Numbered from the stretch's first letter, positions 10,097 through 20,854 are shown. The stretch is DNA of 64,000 nt from a virus (IMGVR_UViG_3300014204_000107:235352-299351), one strand, 5' to 3'. Translations and numbers: made by a program. Notes: generated by a model not told the origin, from the sequence alone.

Positions 10097-10353
10097 ATGG
10101 AAAAAAGAAATTGTAAATTTTGTAATAAAGAATTTGAAGTGATCCCATCGAACCCCAAGCAATACTGTTCAAAAGAATGTGTTAGAATGGTAAAAGATAT
10201 CATCGATATTCATACAGAAAAAATGCATTGCATGATAAATTAAAAATATTTGATCCATCATTATCCGAATGGCAAAATATGCAATTAAATGGCTATGATA
10301 GAATATGGGATTGCGGCAGTATGAAATTTGAGTTGATTTTAAATAAAAGTTAG
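10097..10353 (+). pseudogene. Internally deleted homing-endonuclease remnant
   Basis: 10097..10243 encodes MEKRNCKFCNKEF...YCSKEC (Zn ribbon like ORF 4905). A different frame, 10186..10353, encodes GKRYHRYSYRK...FDPSLSEWQNMQLNGYDRIWDCGSMKF, which resembles the C-terminus of Hef-like phage endonucleases. Confidence 0.7.
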
Positions 10354-10433
10354 AAAAGGCAAAAGAAATTCTAAAACACCCATATATATTATGGAACAAT
10401 AAACTGGTTATAATTTAATTTAAGGAGTTACAA

Positions 10434-11324
10434 ATGGCAAAAATCACTGATAATGATAATATTGGCATAACCGATGCTGATCTTAAAACAAAAGCTGCCG
10501 CAGAGTGGCAACCTCTTCCAATGAACAATCCAACAATGGCACAATCGGATGAACCTGTGAAAACAGTATATCCAACTGAAATGGTAGATTTGCCATCAAA
10601 AGGATTAATATACGGTGAAAATAGTGCATTACGAAAAGGTAGTGTAGAAATACGGTATATGACTGCTAAGGAAGAAGACATTCTTACATCACCATCACTT
10701 ATTCAAAAGGGATTGGTATTTGATAGATTGCTTCAAACGCTTATAGTAGATAAAATTAATTTGGATGAAATGGTATTGGGTGATAAAAATGCTTTACTTG
10801 TTGCCATTCGTAGATTAGCTTATGGTGATGAATATGCAGTAGATATTACATGCCCTGAATGTGGTGCTAAAAATAAAGATGTAAATGTCGATTTAAGCTT
10901 GATAGAAGATAAAGCATTTCCAGAAGATAAATATAACGGTGTTAATGAATTTGATTTCTTCCTTCCTGCGACTAAAGTTGGTATTACATTTAAATTATTA
11001 ACCCACGTGGATGAGAAAAAAATTAATGATGAATTAACGTATCTTAAAAAGATTACGAAAGATTCAAAAGTAAATCCAGAATTATCAACAAGGTTAAAAT
11101 ATATTATCACATCAGTTAATGGTGACAAAGGCCAAAAACGCGTTCGTGAATTTGTTGATAAAGAATTATTATCAAGAGATAGCCTTGCATTAAGAAATTA
11201 CATTAGGGAAATTTCACCTGATGCGGATATGACATTTGGGTTTGCATGTACTGAATGTGACCATGTTGGCAAGTTATCTATTCCTATGGAAGTTCAGTTT
11301 TTTTGGCCTAACGCCCGAATATAA
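10434..11324 (+). CDS. Baseplate hub assembly / tail assembly chaperone (gp26-like)
   Basis: VDLPSKGLIY, IRYMTAKEEDIL, GDKNALLVAIR, CPECG, FKLLT, CTEC, FFWP; lies between tube and tape measure genes. Confidence 0.85.
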   Translation: MAKITDNDNIGITDADLKTKAAAEWQPLPMNNPTMAQSDEPVKTVYPTEMVDLPSKGLIYGENSALRKGSVEIRYMTAKEEDILTSPSLIQKGLVFDRLLQTLIVDKINLDEMVLGDKNALLVAIRRLAYGDEYAVDITCPECGAKNKDVNVDLSLIEDKAFPEDKYNGVNEFDFFLPATKVGITFKLLTHVDEKKINDELTYLKKITKDSKVNPELSTRLKYIITSVNGDKGQKRVREFVDKELLSRDSLALRNYIREISPDADMTFGFACTECDHVGKLSIPMEVQFFWPNARI

Positions 11325-11547
11325 ACGAATTAGGCTAGACCAATGTCTAGAATTAGGTTATTATTCAGAAGGGGCGTTTTCGTTTGAAAGTGCTTATAAT
11401 TTACCAATTGCTTGGCGTATATATGCTTATAATTGGTTAGCAGATAAGAAGAAGAAAGAGCAAGAACAAATTGATAATGCTAACAAGGGCAAGAAAGGCC
11501 CTCCAAAAGTAAATAGACCACATTTTGACCAACCATCTAGAAAATAG
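11299..11547 (+). CDS. Probable +1 frameshift extension of the chaperone (G-T-like)
   Basis: +1 frame reads FFGLTPEYK...YNLPIAWR from the T7 run at 11298-11304; no ATG in this stretch; a terminator overlaps its stop. Confidence 0.6.
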   Translation, partial: FFGLTPEYKRIRLDQCLELGYYSEGAFSFESAYNLPIAWRIYAYNWLADKKKKEQEQIDNANKGKKGPPKVNRPHFDQPSRK

Positions 11548-11567
11548 ATCTAGATGGTTGTTTTTTT
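11530..11567 (+). terminator. Intrinsic terminator
   Basis: CAACCATCTAGA/TCTAGATGGTTG 12-bp stem, then T7. Confidence 0.85.
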
Positions 11568-11608
11568 ATAGCTTCTAATATTTATTAATAGCAAAATGGA
11601 GACTGGTT

Positions 11609-11929
11609 ATGAACAAGGCTGAACTCAAGCAAATTATACAGGAAGAAATATATAATGCATTAGTTGATACATTTGAGCACAAATTATTAACTGAGGGAGT
11701 TGCTACGAGCATTGCAGACATGATATTTAAAATTATTGAAAAAAATAGAATACAGAGTCTTATGAATAGGGCGCAAAATATAGATCCTGAAATAGCTCGC
11801 CAAGTAAATAACTTTAAAATTGCATCAAAATCTCTTAAAGATTATTTAGAACAGGATTATGGTCGGGGTTCTAGCCCAAAAGATAAAGCAGAATTAATTA
11901 GCGTGTTACGAAACATTAATAAAAAATAA
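11609..11929 (+). CDS. Hypothetical protein with leader
   Basis: GGAG SD, ATATTTAT box at 11578; MNKAELKQIIQEEI...KLLTE/G. Confidence 0.75.
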   Translation: MNKAELKQIIQEEIYNALVDTFEHKLLTEGVATSIADMIFKIIEKNRIQSLMNRAQNIDPEIARQVNNFKIASKSLKDYLEQDYGRGSSPKDKAELISVLRNINKK

Positions 11930-11942
11930 ATAGGGTTGCTAA

Positions 11943-14900
11943 ATGGCGGACGAAAGGCCTGTAATATCAAATGAGGAATTAGAAAATTTACAGCTGGCTT
12001 CCAAAGCATGGGATAGTATTGCTATGTCTTTAGGTAGTCTTGCCATGGGCAATATTGAAATTGAAAAATTAGTTAAATCTATAACAATAATAGAAGATTC
12101 AATAACCACTACAATAAATAAGGTATTAGAGCTAAAAACGCCAGATAAATTATTAAAATCAATATCGAAAATTGAAACATCTATTGCTGGTATATCAAAT
12201 AACTTATTAAATTTACAAAAACCAGTTAGCATAAAAGTTATGTTAGTTGATAACATATCATCTAATATTGGAAAAGTATTAAGTGAAATACAACAAATTC
12301 CCGATTCTAAATCTATTAGGTTAGATATAGTAGACGATATAAGTAAAAACATACAAGGTATCAACCAACAGTTAGAGTCGATCAGAAACGATAAAATCGT
12401 TACTGTAAATCTAACTGATACAAATAATCAAATATTAGCTATTACTGATGTTATTACAAAATTACCACATTCAATTGAAATAATAGTTAATGCTATAGAT
12501 AAAGTAACTCCTGTATTACTTGATATTGAAACTGCACTTAATTTATTGCCAAATGAAAAAAACATAACTGCCAATATTAATGATAATATTACATCACAAA
12601 TACCAACTATTTCAGCAGGACTTCAAGAAAATTTAAATATTGCCTCCACATTAGATGCAAGTAAATTAGATTCGAGTATCAATTTACTTATTGGAACTAT
12701 TGGTAATTTACAAAATTCAATAAACCAAATATCTGCATCAAGTAAAGATGCAGGTATTGCAGTAGATACTGAATTTAGTGGGATGTCACAGAAATTACGT
12801 TCATATTCAGATCAACTTAAGACTGCAATAAAGAAGATTGGAACACAATCTTTAACTAATGAATTTAACGATTCCAGAAAAGCACTTGCGGATGTTGCAA
12901 AGGATTTTATGAATATGTTTAAAAAAGGCACATCCACCATAGCAAGCACGCAATCTGTTTTTAAACGATTCAAGGAAGATTATTTAGTTGATATGATGAA
13001 AGATGTATCACAACTTGGCAATCAATTTAGCATTCTCAAAGAACAAACAGATGATATAGGTTATGATAAAGCATTTGATATACATTTGAAATCTTCATCT
13101 GATAGTATTAAAAAATTAACGGCGGACGCAAAAGATTTTAGTATTGAAATTATGGGAGGTATCAAGAATCTTGATAGTTTAGGAAATACATTGATAAATA
13201 TTGTAAAATCAAAGGAATCATTGACAGAAGAGATTAATAAAGACAGCGAAAAATTAGTAAATTTAGCATTAAAACTAAAAGAAGCCACAGAAGTTAATGA
13301 TGCCGCACGAATTAATAGTTTGGAAAAACAAATCAATGCAACAAACCGAAATGTGCAGGCCGGAAAAGAATTAATATATGGTTTAGATATACAATATACT
13401 GCAATAAAGAAAAATCACGATTTACAAAAATCAGGTTTGAATGAAATAATATCATTTCAACAAGAACATTCACGAGAGTTGCTTGAAAATGAAATGCAAA
13501 ATCAAATGTTCCTAAAGCAACGCATCGATTTATATTCAAATATTGAAACATTATTATATAGCAATAACAATTTGTCATCTACTGAAAGGGCAGGGTTAGA
13601 GAAAAAATTGTTATTGTTAAAATCTGCAAATGTTATATCCGTGGACGATGTTAATAATATCAAAGAGCAAAATAGAGAATTAGCAATACAACTTAAGAAG
13701 AGAGAATTATTAGGAAATATTAAAGATTATATGTACGGCGAAGAGTTTATTAATTCGTTAGAGTTAACTAAAAATAGCGCCGATGGTGCATATGCATCTT
13801 TAAAAAAATTAATGGATGAAGTTGCAGCAGGAACGACGGATGTAAAAGTATTACAATTAGAATTTGAAAAACAGAAGAAAACTGCAAAAGATATTGCTGC
13901 TTTAACGGCCATTACTGGGGAATTTAATAAAAAATTAACAAACCAAACAACTGTAATACAGCGGCTTATTGCACTTAAAGAAAAATTAAAAACAGGCGAT
14001 ATTTCATTAATAGAAAAAACTGAACTTGAAAATTTAGCAAGAGCCGGAGGATATCTTAAGAATTTAGGTGACAATATTGATAAGTTGCAGTCAGAGCACG
14101 TTGTACTTGCTAATATTGGTGGAATGTCTAAAACATTTAAAAAAACTAAAGCTGATATATTAGCTACGAGCGAAATGATTACATTAGCAACGGAAGCTAT
14201 GTCAAAGCTAGGTGAAAAAGCAGATCAAACATCAGCAGATATATCTAACCAACAGCAAAAAATTATGCAATTAACAAATGAAATTGCAAATTTAAGTGGT
14301 GTTGCAAAAATTAGTAAAGAGGCTGAATTGGCCGTATTGCAAGATGAATTGTCATTAAATCAAAAACTATTAGATGAAACTAAAAAATTATATGATGAAA
14401 CATCCAATAGGGCAGGCGAATCCACAGAAAAATTATTAATACTTGATAAAAAAACCGCCGATTATGAAAAAACATTATCTACATTAAGACAACAAATACA
14501 ACAAACTGGCATTGATCCATTATTTGGTAATATATTGCAAGGGTTTAAAAATTTAACGTCCCAAGTAGCAACATTTATAGATAAACCAAAGATTGCATTT
14601 ACATTGCTAGGTGCAGCACTTAAGAAAAATTTCTTCAATCCTGTGTGGGATGGATTTATGAAAATCGGCGGTGGTGCGGCTGATTTATCTAAACTATTCA
14701 CCACTTCAGTTGGCGCAATGATGAGTTTCGAGGCAATTGGCATGGGTGTTGGTATGAAGGACGCATCAGAAGCAGCAGCCGCATTGACACAAAGTTTAGG
14801 AACTACTGGCGATATTAACAAAGATTTAGTCCGCGAAACCGCAATATTACAGTCAAGATATGGAGTATCTGCGCAAGAAGGAGCAGCATTAGCACGTTCG

Positions 14901-17519
14901 TTAAAACCATTAGTAGGTGGTTCTAATATAGCTGCTGCAAATACTATGAAGATGGCAAGAAATATGGCTACTGCGGAGGGAGTACCCATTGGTGAAATGA
15001 TGCACGATGTAGCAGCATCAACAGAAGATTTTGCTTTATTTGGCAAGCAAGGTGGTAAAAATATATTTGAAGCATCCATATTTGCTAGGAAATTGGGTGT
15101 TACAATGAAAGAAATTGGCGCTATTGCTAGAGGATTGCTCGATGTAGAAAATTCATTGCAAGCAGAAATGGAAGCACAGGTAATGACTGGCAGAAGCATG
15201 AATTTAAATAAAGCAAGAGAATTAGCATTAAGTAATGATTTAGAAGGTGCTACAAATGAAATGTTAAAACAAGTTGGTGGTATCAATGAATTCAATAAAA
15301 TGAATTATTACCAACGACAGTCAATAGCAAAAATGGCTGGTATTGAAGCAAGTCAATTACAACAAATGCTATCACAAAGAGAAGAAGAAGCAAGAATATT
15401 GCGTGATAATGGTAATTGGTTAGGTACGGCAATAATTAAGATGCAAATGGTAGGCAAATCTGTAATGGAGAATAAAGATTCCCTTATGATGCTTGTTATT
15501 GCTGCTGGTTCATTAGGGAATGCGTTAAAGACCGCCGGTGCATTTGCACAATTAATAGGGGGGGGATTTAAGAGTGCATTAATGTGGTCTGGAAGGTTGG
15601 TAGCAAGTATATGGCAAGCGGTTTTTGGCGAGAGAGGAATGTTAGCAGCTATTCGTGCAAGCACTGCAGCTAGAGAAGTAGGTGCTGGTGTATCAATGGC
15701 AGCAGGCAAAGTTGGTGGATTTTTAGGAAAAGCTACTGGTGTAACGAAAGTACGTAGATTAATGGCAGCAAGAAAATTGGCGTCTACTGCAGGTGGTGCT
15801 GCACCAATAACTAAAACAACGGACGCACTCGACAAATCCCGGCGAGTCGGCTCAAAGATACCAAGTAAAGCTGGCAGTGGTGTAAGAGTCTTTTTAACAA
15901 ATTTGGCTGGTGGATTAAAAGCAATGGGTAATGTGAAAGTATTATTTGGTGCACTTAATTTAATTCCAGCGTCAATAGGATTAGTAGCATTATTGCCAGC
16001 AATACCGAGTATGGCAGTAATATCAGCGTTGGGAAAATTTGTTGGTATTGGATTAAAAGGATTAGCAAATGGTTTGGGTATTAAAGGTATGGCACAACCA
16101 GGTGTTACTATGGGAGCAATAAATTTACTTGCTGCTGCCGGGGCATTATTAGTCGCAACTGCTGGAATTCCAGGTATGATAGTTATTAGTGCTTTTGGGT
16201 GGCTTACGGGGCAAGGATTAATAGGATTAGCAGCCGGTTTAACTGCTATGGCTGGTACATTACCTGGCAGTTTAGCACTACTTGCTGCTGGTGGTGCATT
16301 ATTAGTGGCTACTTTAGGAATCCCGGGTATGATTGCAATTAGTGCATTTGGATGGTTAGCCGGGCAAGGATTAATTGGGTTGTCTACTGGATTGACTGCG
16401 TTAGGTACAGCTGCTGCATCAGGAGCGCCATTGACTGGAATTGGTTTAATTGCATTATTTGGATTAGCATTAATACCATTAACATATGCACTATCAAAAT
16501 TAGCACCATTAATAGAACCAATAGGCAAAGCAATTGGAACCGTAATCGAAAGCATTGGAACTGCAATATCAACAATAGTACAAAGTATAGGTAATTTAAT
16601 AACTACATTATCGGCAATACCATTAAGTAATTTAATTGGATTATCAATTGGGTTTATGGCAATTGCTGGTTCTTTAACTGTATTAGCAGCATCGCTATCA
16701 ATAAGTATTATTCCATTAACATTGGGAAGCATTGCACTTGGCATATTTAGCGGTGCATTAGTTTTAGCAGGAATGGGATTACAAATGGTAATGCCACAAT
16801 TAACTAATTTGGGCAACTTCTTTAGTACATTTGATACTTCAAAATTAGCAGCATTTGGTGCAGGAATGTTACAAATGTCAATGTCATTATTATTGGCAGC
16901 ACCTGCTATAATTGGTGCATCTTTTGCAATGTTAGCTTCAGTTATTCCATTAGCAATTGTTGGTAATAGAATGATAAAAGTAGCAGAAGCATTAGAGCGT
17001 ATTGGTAAGAGTGTAAATAATATTCAATTATTGCAACAATCATTAATATCAATAGCTGGAATATCCAGCGGCATTAAAGAGTTAGCAGCAAGTTTAAGCA
17101 TGCTATCTATGGGTATCACGGATGTTGCTAAATCAAGTTGGAAAGCAGCATTATCACCAATGATGCTTATAATGGGAACATTAAAAGCAGTATCTGGTGC
17201 AGCACCATCTACATTAACTTCTAATGCCGTAACATCCACGCCAACAGCAACGGCGGTTACACCAACAGCCCCTGCTGCTGCTATGCCAACAACAACTGTA
17301 ACTAAAGCGGCTGAACCAATTAAACAACCAACACCACCGGTATTACCAAATACAGAAGAGCAAAAACAGCAAGTTAATATGAAAAATGTAGAAGATTTAT
17401 TAGGAAAGTTAATATCTATAATGAACGGAGGATTTAAGCTTGATGTAAATTCTGGAGAATTAGCATTATTTATGCAAAAGAAAGCAGCAATAGCAAAATC
17501 CAATTCTAGCGTTCATTAA
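11943..17519 (+). CDS. Tape measure protein
   Basis: 1858 aa, long coiled coil, Ala/Gly-rich hydrophobic repeats, LLDVENSLQAEMEAQVMTG..NLNKARELAL segment; canonical position after the chaperone. Confidence 0.9.
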   Translation: MADERPVISNEELENLQLASKAWDSIAMSLGSLAMGNIEIEKLVKSITIIEDSITTTINKVLELKTPDKLLKSISKIETSIAGISNNLLNLQKPVSIKVMLVDNISSNIGKVLSEIQQIPDSKSIRLDIVDDISKNIQGINQQLESIRNDKIVTVNLTDTNNQILAITDVITKLPHSIEIIVNAIDKVTPVLLDIETALNLLPNEKNITANINDNITSQIPTISAGLQENLNIASTLDASKLDSSINLLIGTIGNLQNSINQISASSKDAGIAVDTEFSGMSQKLRSYSDQLKTAIKKIGTQSLTNEFNDSRKALADVAKDFMNMFKKGTSTIASTQSVFKRFKEDYLVDMMKDVSQLGNQFSILKEQTDDIGYDKAFDIHLKSSSDSIKKLTADAKDFSIEIMGGIKNLDSLGNTLINIVKSKESLTEEINKDSEKLVNLALKLKEATEVNDAARINSLEKQINATNRNVQAGKELIYGLDIQYTAIKKNHDLQKSGLNEIISFQQEHSRELLENEMQNQMFLKQRIDLYSNIETLLYSNNNLSSTERAGLEKKLLLLKSANVISVDDVNNIKEQNRELAIQLKKRELLGNIKDYMYGEEFINSLELTKNSADGAYASLKKLMDEVAAGTTDVKVLQLEFEKQKKTAKDIAALTAITGEFNKKLTNQTTVIQRLIALKEKLKTGDISLIEKTELENLARAGGYLKNLGDNIDKLQSEHVVLANIGGMSKTFKKTKADILATSEMITLATEAMSKLGEKADQTSADISNQQQKIMQLTNEIANLSGVAKISKEAELAVLQDELSLNQKLLDETKKLYDETSNRAGESTEKLLILDKKTADYEKTLSTLRQQIQQTGIDPLFGNILQGFKNLTSQVATFIDKPKIAFTLLGAALKKNFFNPVWDGFMKIGGGAADLSKLFTTSVGAMMSFEAIGMGVGMKDASEAAAALTQSLGTTGDINKDLVRETAILQSRYGVSAQEGAALARSLKPLVGGSNIAAANTMKMARNMATAEGVPIGEMMHDVAASTEDFALFGKQGGKNIFEASIFARKLGVTMKEIGAIARGLLDVENSLQAEMEAQVMTGRSMNLNKARELALSNDLEGATNEMLKQVGGINEFNKMNYYQRQSIAKMAGIEASQLQQMLSQREEEARILRDNGNWLGTAIIKMQMVGKSVMENKDSLMMLVIAAGSLGNALKTAGAFAQLIGGGFKSALMWSGRLVASIWQAVFGERGMLAAIRASTAAREVGAGVSMAAGKVGGFLGKATGVTKVRRLMAARKLASTAGGAAPITKTTDALDKSRRVGSKIPSKAGSGVRVFLTNLAGGLKAMGNVKVLFGALNLIPASIGLVALLPAIPSMAVISALGKFVGIGLKGLANGLGIKGMAQPGVTMGAINLLAAAGALLVATAGIPGMIVISAFGWLTGQGLIGLAAGLTAMAGTLPGSLALLAAGGALLVATLGIPGMIAISAFGWLAGQGLIGLSTGLTALGTAAASGAPLTGIGLIALFGLALIPLTYALSKLAPLIEPIGKAIGTVIESIGTAISTIVQSIGNLITTLSAIPLSNLIGLSIGFMAIAGSLTVLAASLSISIIPLTLGSIALGIFSGALVLAGMGLQMVMPQLTNLGNFFSTFDTSKLAAFGAGMLQMSMSLLLAAPAIIGASFAMLASVIPLAIVGNRMIKVAEALERIGKSVNNIQLLQQSLISIAGISSGIKELAASLSMLSMGITDVAKSSWKAALSPMMLIMGTLKAVSGAAPSTLTSNAVTSTPTATAVTPTAPAAAMPTTTVTKAAEPIKQPTPPVLPNTEEQKQQVNMKNVEDLLGKLISIMNGGFKLDVNSGELALFMQKKAAIAKSNSSVH
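16126..16430 (+). repeat. 153-nt (51-aa) tandem repeat inside the tape measure gene
   Basis: LLAA(A/G)GALLVAT(A/L)GIPGMI(V/A)ISAFGWL(T/A)GQGLIGL starts at 16126 and 16279; a degenerate third copy lies upstream. Confidence 0.85.
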
Positions 17520-17539
17520 TTAAGTTATAGGAAATTATA

Positions 17540-20500
17540 ATGGCACTACGAAAATCAAATACAAATTTAGCAACACACCATACACCAGATATTGATACTT
17601 TTAATTATAGTAGAAATATACCTATGGACCAAGCTATTTTTGAAAAAGCATTAGTAGATAAAGTAAATAAGGTAGTATATCCTATAGCAATCAATATACC
17701 TAAATATATTATTATTGGAACTGATTTTGCTAAACCATTAAGTATATTAGAATCAAGCAATATAAAAATTACTAAATCTAAAAGTGAAATACTTAATATT
17801 CCAAAATTTAAGCTTGCAACGCCAGAATCTAATGTTATAACCATCCCTGAAGTTAAATTAAACACTCCTATCGGGAATATGGTAAATGCCCCAAATATAA
17901 TACCTAATATACCTAATCAAAATGTAATAACAGATCCAAATACTGTAATTGTACCGCCCAATTTAAATTTAATTATTGATCCTAATACACCAATTAACAA
18001 TGTAATTCCAATTAATCAAGTTAGTAATATTGCTACTTCACCATTTATAAATAGCGTGTATGGTTCTTGGGCATCATCCTTTATACAAATTGTACCATTT
18101 TTAAATACAACAATTAATATAACAGCTGAAACGCCACCAATGTTGCCATTTATTAATAGTATTTATGGGCAAATGCAAAATTCATTTGTGCAAATAATAC
18201 CATTTATGAATTTTTCTGCTAAACCACAACTACCACCATATGCGGCAAACTTAAATTATTTATGGAATGCACTTGCAACCCCCATGAATATTCCAAACCA
18301 ATATAAAAACATATTATTGTTTGGAACCAATGATATTGCACCACATATACCGTCAAGTATTATAATATCTAAATTTATTAATCAAATATATGGCAATTGG
18401 AAAACAACCCCTACTATAATTAACTTTTTTAGTAGCGGACAAATGAATGTTCCTGCAGCATATGATAATATTATATTGCTTGATTCAACTTTTGATTTAC
18501 CATTATCACAGTATAATTCGCCAGTTGTTCAATCTAGCCACATAAATTATACAAATATAACGGCATTAAATACTGCGACTAAAGATAATTTCTTAAAGGA
18601 TTTTAAATTTTCGTGGGGATTTAAAGATTATGATTCATTCTTTATGCCCGTGCATTTTAATACTTTAAAAATTGGTGCAGGGGATAATGTACAACCATTT
18701 ATAATGCATGCACCTGGAAATGTATTTGAAATTGGTAGAACAAGTATTAAAGAATCAATGGGCGTACCAAGGAGGTCATCAACTGAATTTATTAGGGGAA
18801 ATGAACAATCAGTACTGAGCATAAGTGAAGATGTTTATAGAATGACTATGTTTAGTGCAAGCCCTGCTGGTTTATTATGGAATATACAGCAAGCTGGTAT
18901 GCAATTAATGAACCCATTAACTGATAAAACAACGGGGCAATTAATACAACCAACTCGTATATATAACCCATTGATACCAATAGTTCAAGCAGGAATAAAT
19001 CCAATTGGTGGGCACATGCCTCGCCATTTATATTTGCTTAATAATTCTGATTATGAATCAGTAACTCGCGTAAATAACGACAATGAAACATTTGAAAAAA
19101 CAAATAGATTAGCAAAAATATCGCAGGATTTAGGAATATTTAAATATCACATTGGGTATCCATTTTCTGGCGATCCTATTAAGAATATATCTGGTTTTGG
19201 AGGCCCTAATTCAGTCTATGGTGTTGGGTGGACTGATTTTTATGTAGCACAAAAGCAAAATTTTGCATTTGATGCACAAATGACAAGTTTATTTGGTAAT
19301 GAATTAGATGCAATACGGAAAAAATATTTATCTTATTACGATGCAGGTAAGTATCCGCAATTGCAATATTCAACAGACGGCAAACATTTAAACATATATT
19401 CACAAATTACTGAAATATATGGTAGTAATATTATTGGAGATGAATTTGAATTTACCAAAACTCCTATAGCAAATGCTAATCATAATACTTATCATGATAT
19501 GATAATTGATACTAATGGGTATTATTATAACAATAGCTTGGTAAATAATATTATTTTTATTGGTGATGCTGGTGCCAAATATCAGTCATATACATATCCA
19601 TTTAATAATTGGGATGGGGATGATTCAAAAGCAAAAATATCATCTTACATTAATATGCAAAAATTGATTGATTCAAATATAATTAATATATTTGATAACA
19701 CTGCAAATAGCAAAAATCAAGATGATAGACAATTTTTTACATTCGATGATATATTTGCGTATTCAACGAGCATTTTAGATAATGAATTAAATACAAAAGA
19801 TGCCACTATTCCAGCAAACATCAGCAGTCAGCAGGATATTAATATCAGTCCTATTGTTGGTATGTTTAATGATACTATTTCAAACAGTGAATTTGCAGTT
19901 GACAATGGAAATCCATTAGATAAATCTGGCGTTATTTTAGCAGATAATCTAATATCCGCACCAGTTGGTAAAAATTGGAAAGGCGGATTTGATACTACAT
20001 ATAACTCATTTTTAACTTATAAAAATCTAAAATCGTTAGCAGACTTTCCAGGTGTTGGAGCAGGATTACCAGATAATATAGAAGGGTATCGACAATTAAT
20101 GATTGATAAAATAAAACCAACATATCCACCCGTAGAAGGCATTAATAGAATGGAACGTAGAGTTGGCATCTCCGATGCAGGAAATGATAATGCAGATTGG
20201 ATGTATGATAACACGCAATATTATAAAGATGCTGAAGGCCAGCAAGTTGCAATCAAGCAAGATTTTGTAAAGTTTTATATCACTATAATTAGATATAAGG
20301 AAGATGGCAGTAATGATAGTAAAATATCTAAACAACATATCCAATTTAGAAATACAATTGCATCGCTAACATATAATTTTTCACCTACTTGGCGGGGCAT
20401 AGATTATATAGGGAATCCAGGTAAATCATATATATTCCAAGATTTAGTGCGTAAAATATCGACTAAATTTATTGTTGCGGCCCAATCACGAACTGAAATG

Positions 20501-20842
20501 GCGGAAATATATAAAAAACTTAATTTATTAGCAAGGCAAGTAGCGCCAAGCTATACGATGGCTGGTAATATTATGAGTCCGATGGTTGAATTAACTATCG
20601 GTGATTATATTTCGCAAGAGCCTGCAATTATAGAAGGGCTATCATTTGAAGTACAAGATGACTTTATTTGGGATATTGGTTATAATAAAGTTAAAGATGG
20701 TGCAGATGACCCACGTTTTGGCCCAAGTGAGCAATATGAATTGCCAATGTATATAAGTGTAAATGCTGACTTTACATTTCTTAATAAAGAAACGCCGGAT
20801 AGAGATTTATCAAATTTCTTTGGCCCTGATAAATGGTTATAG
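17540..20842 (+). CDS. Baseplate / tail-tube-initiator-like protein with repetitive N-terminus
   Basis: C-terminal QFR...SPTW..IDYIG...YIF...RKIS.KF.VAA.S...P.VELTIGD, typical of gp48/gp54-like domains; follows the TMP gene. Confidence 0.6.
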   Translation: MALRKSNTNLATHHTPDIDTFNYSRNIPMDQAIFEKALVDKVNKVVYPIAINIPKYIIIGTDFAKPLSILESSNIKITKSKSEILNIPKFKLATPESNVITIPEVKLNTPIGNMVNAPNIIPNIPNQNVITDPNTVIVPPNLNLIIDPNTPINNVIPINQVSNIATSPFINSVYGSWASSFIQIVPFLNTTINITAETPPMLPFINSIYGQMQNSFVQIIPFMNFSAKPQLPPYAANLNYLWNALATPMNIPNQYKNILLFGTNDIAPHIPSSIIISKFINQIYGNWKTTPTIINFFSSGQMNVPAAYDNIILLDSTFDLPLSQYNSPVVQSSHINYTNITALNTATKDNFLKDFKFSWGFKDYDSFFMPVHFNTLKIGAGDNVQPFIMHAPGNVFEIGRTSIKESMGVPRRSSTEFIRGNEQSVLSISEDVYRMTMFSASPAGLLWNIQQAGMQLMNPLTDKTTGQLIQPTRIYNPLIPIVQAGINPIGGHMPRHLYLLNNSDYESVTRVNNDNETFEKTNRLAKISQDLGIFKYHIGYPFSGDPIKNISGFGGPNSVYGVGWTDFYVAQKQNFAFDAQMTSLFGNELDAIRKKYLSYYDAGKYPQLQYSTDGKHLNIYSQITEIYGSNIIGDEFEFTKTPIANANHNTYHDMIIDTNGYYYNNSLVNNIIFIGDAGAKYQSYTYPFNNWDGDDSKAKISSYINMQKLIDSNIINIFDNTANSKNQDDRQFFTFDDIFAYSTSILDNELNTKDATIPANISSQQDINISPIVGMFNDTISNSEFAVDNGNPLDKSGVILADNLISAPVGKNWKGGFDTTYNSFLTYKNLKSLADFPGVGAGLPDNIEGYRQLMIDKIKPTYPPVEGINRMERRVGISDAGNDNADWMYDNTQYYKDAEGQQVAIKQDFVKFYITIIRYKEDGSNDSKISKQHIQFRNTIASLTYNFSPTWRGIDYIGNPGKSYIFQDLVRKISTKFIVAAQSRTEMAEIYKKLNLLARQVAPSYTMAGNIMSPMVELTIGDYISQEPAIIEGLSFEVQDDFIWDIGYNKVKDGADDPRFGPSEQYELPMYISVNADFTFLNKETPDRDLSNFFGPDKWL

Positions 20843-20854
20843 GAGTGCAATATT

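Noticed and set aside
11236-11298. TTG start for ORF 11236..11547
   Set aside because: It lies inside the chaperone gene without an SD; protein-like sequence begins only at the T7 run, so a frameshift fits better.
15353-16816. 487-aa minus-strand ORF (also 14462..15295 and 17024..17503)
   Set aside because: Antisense shadow of the Ala/Gly/Leu-rich tape measure gene; low-complexity translation, no SD, no recognisable motifs.
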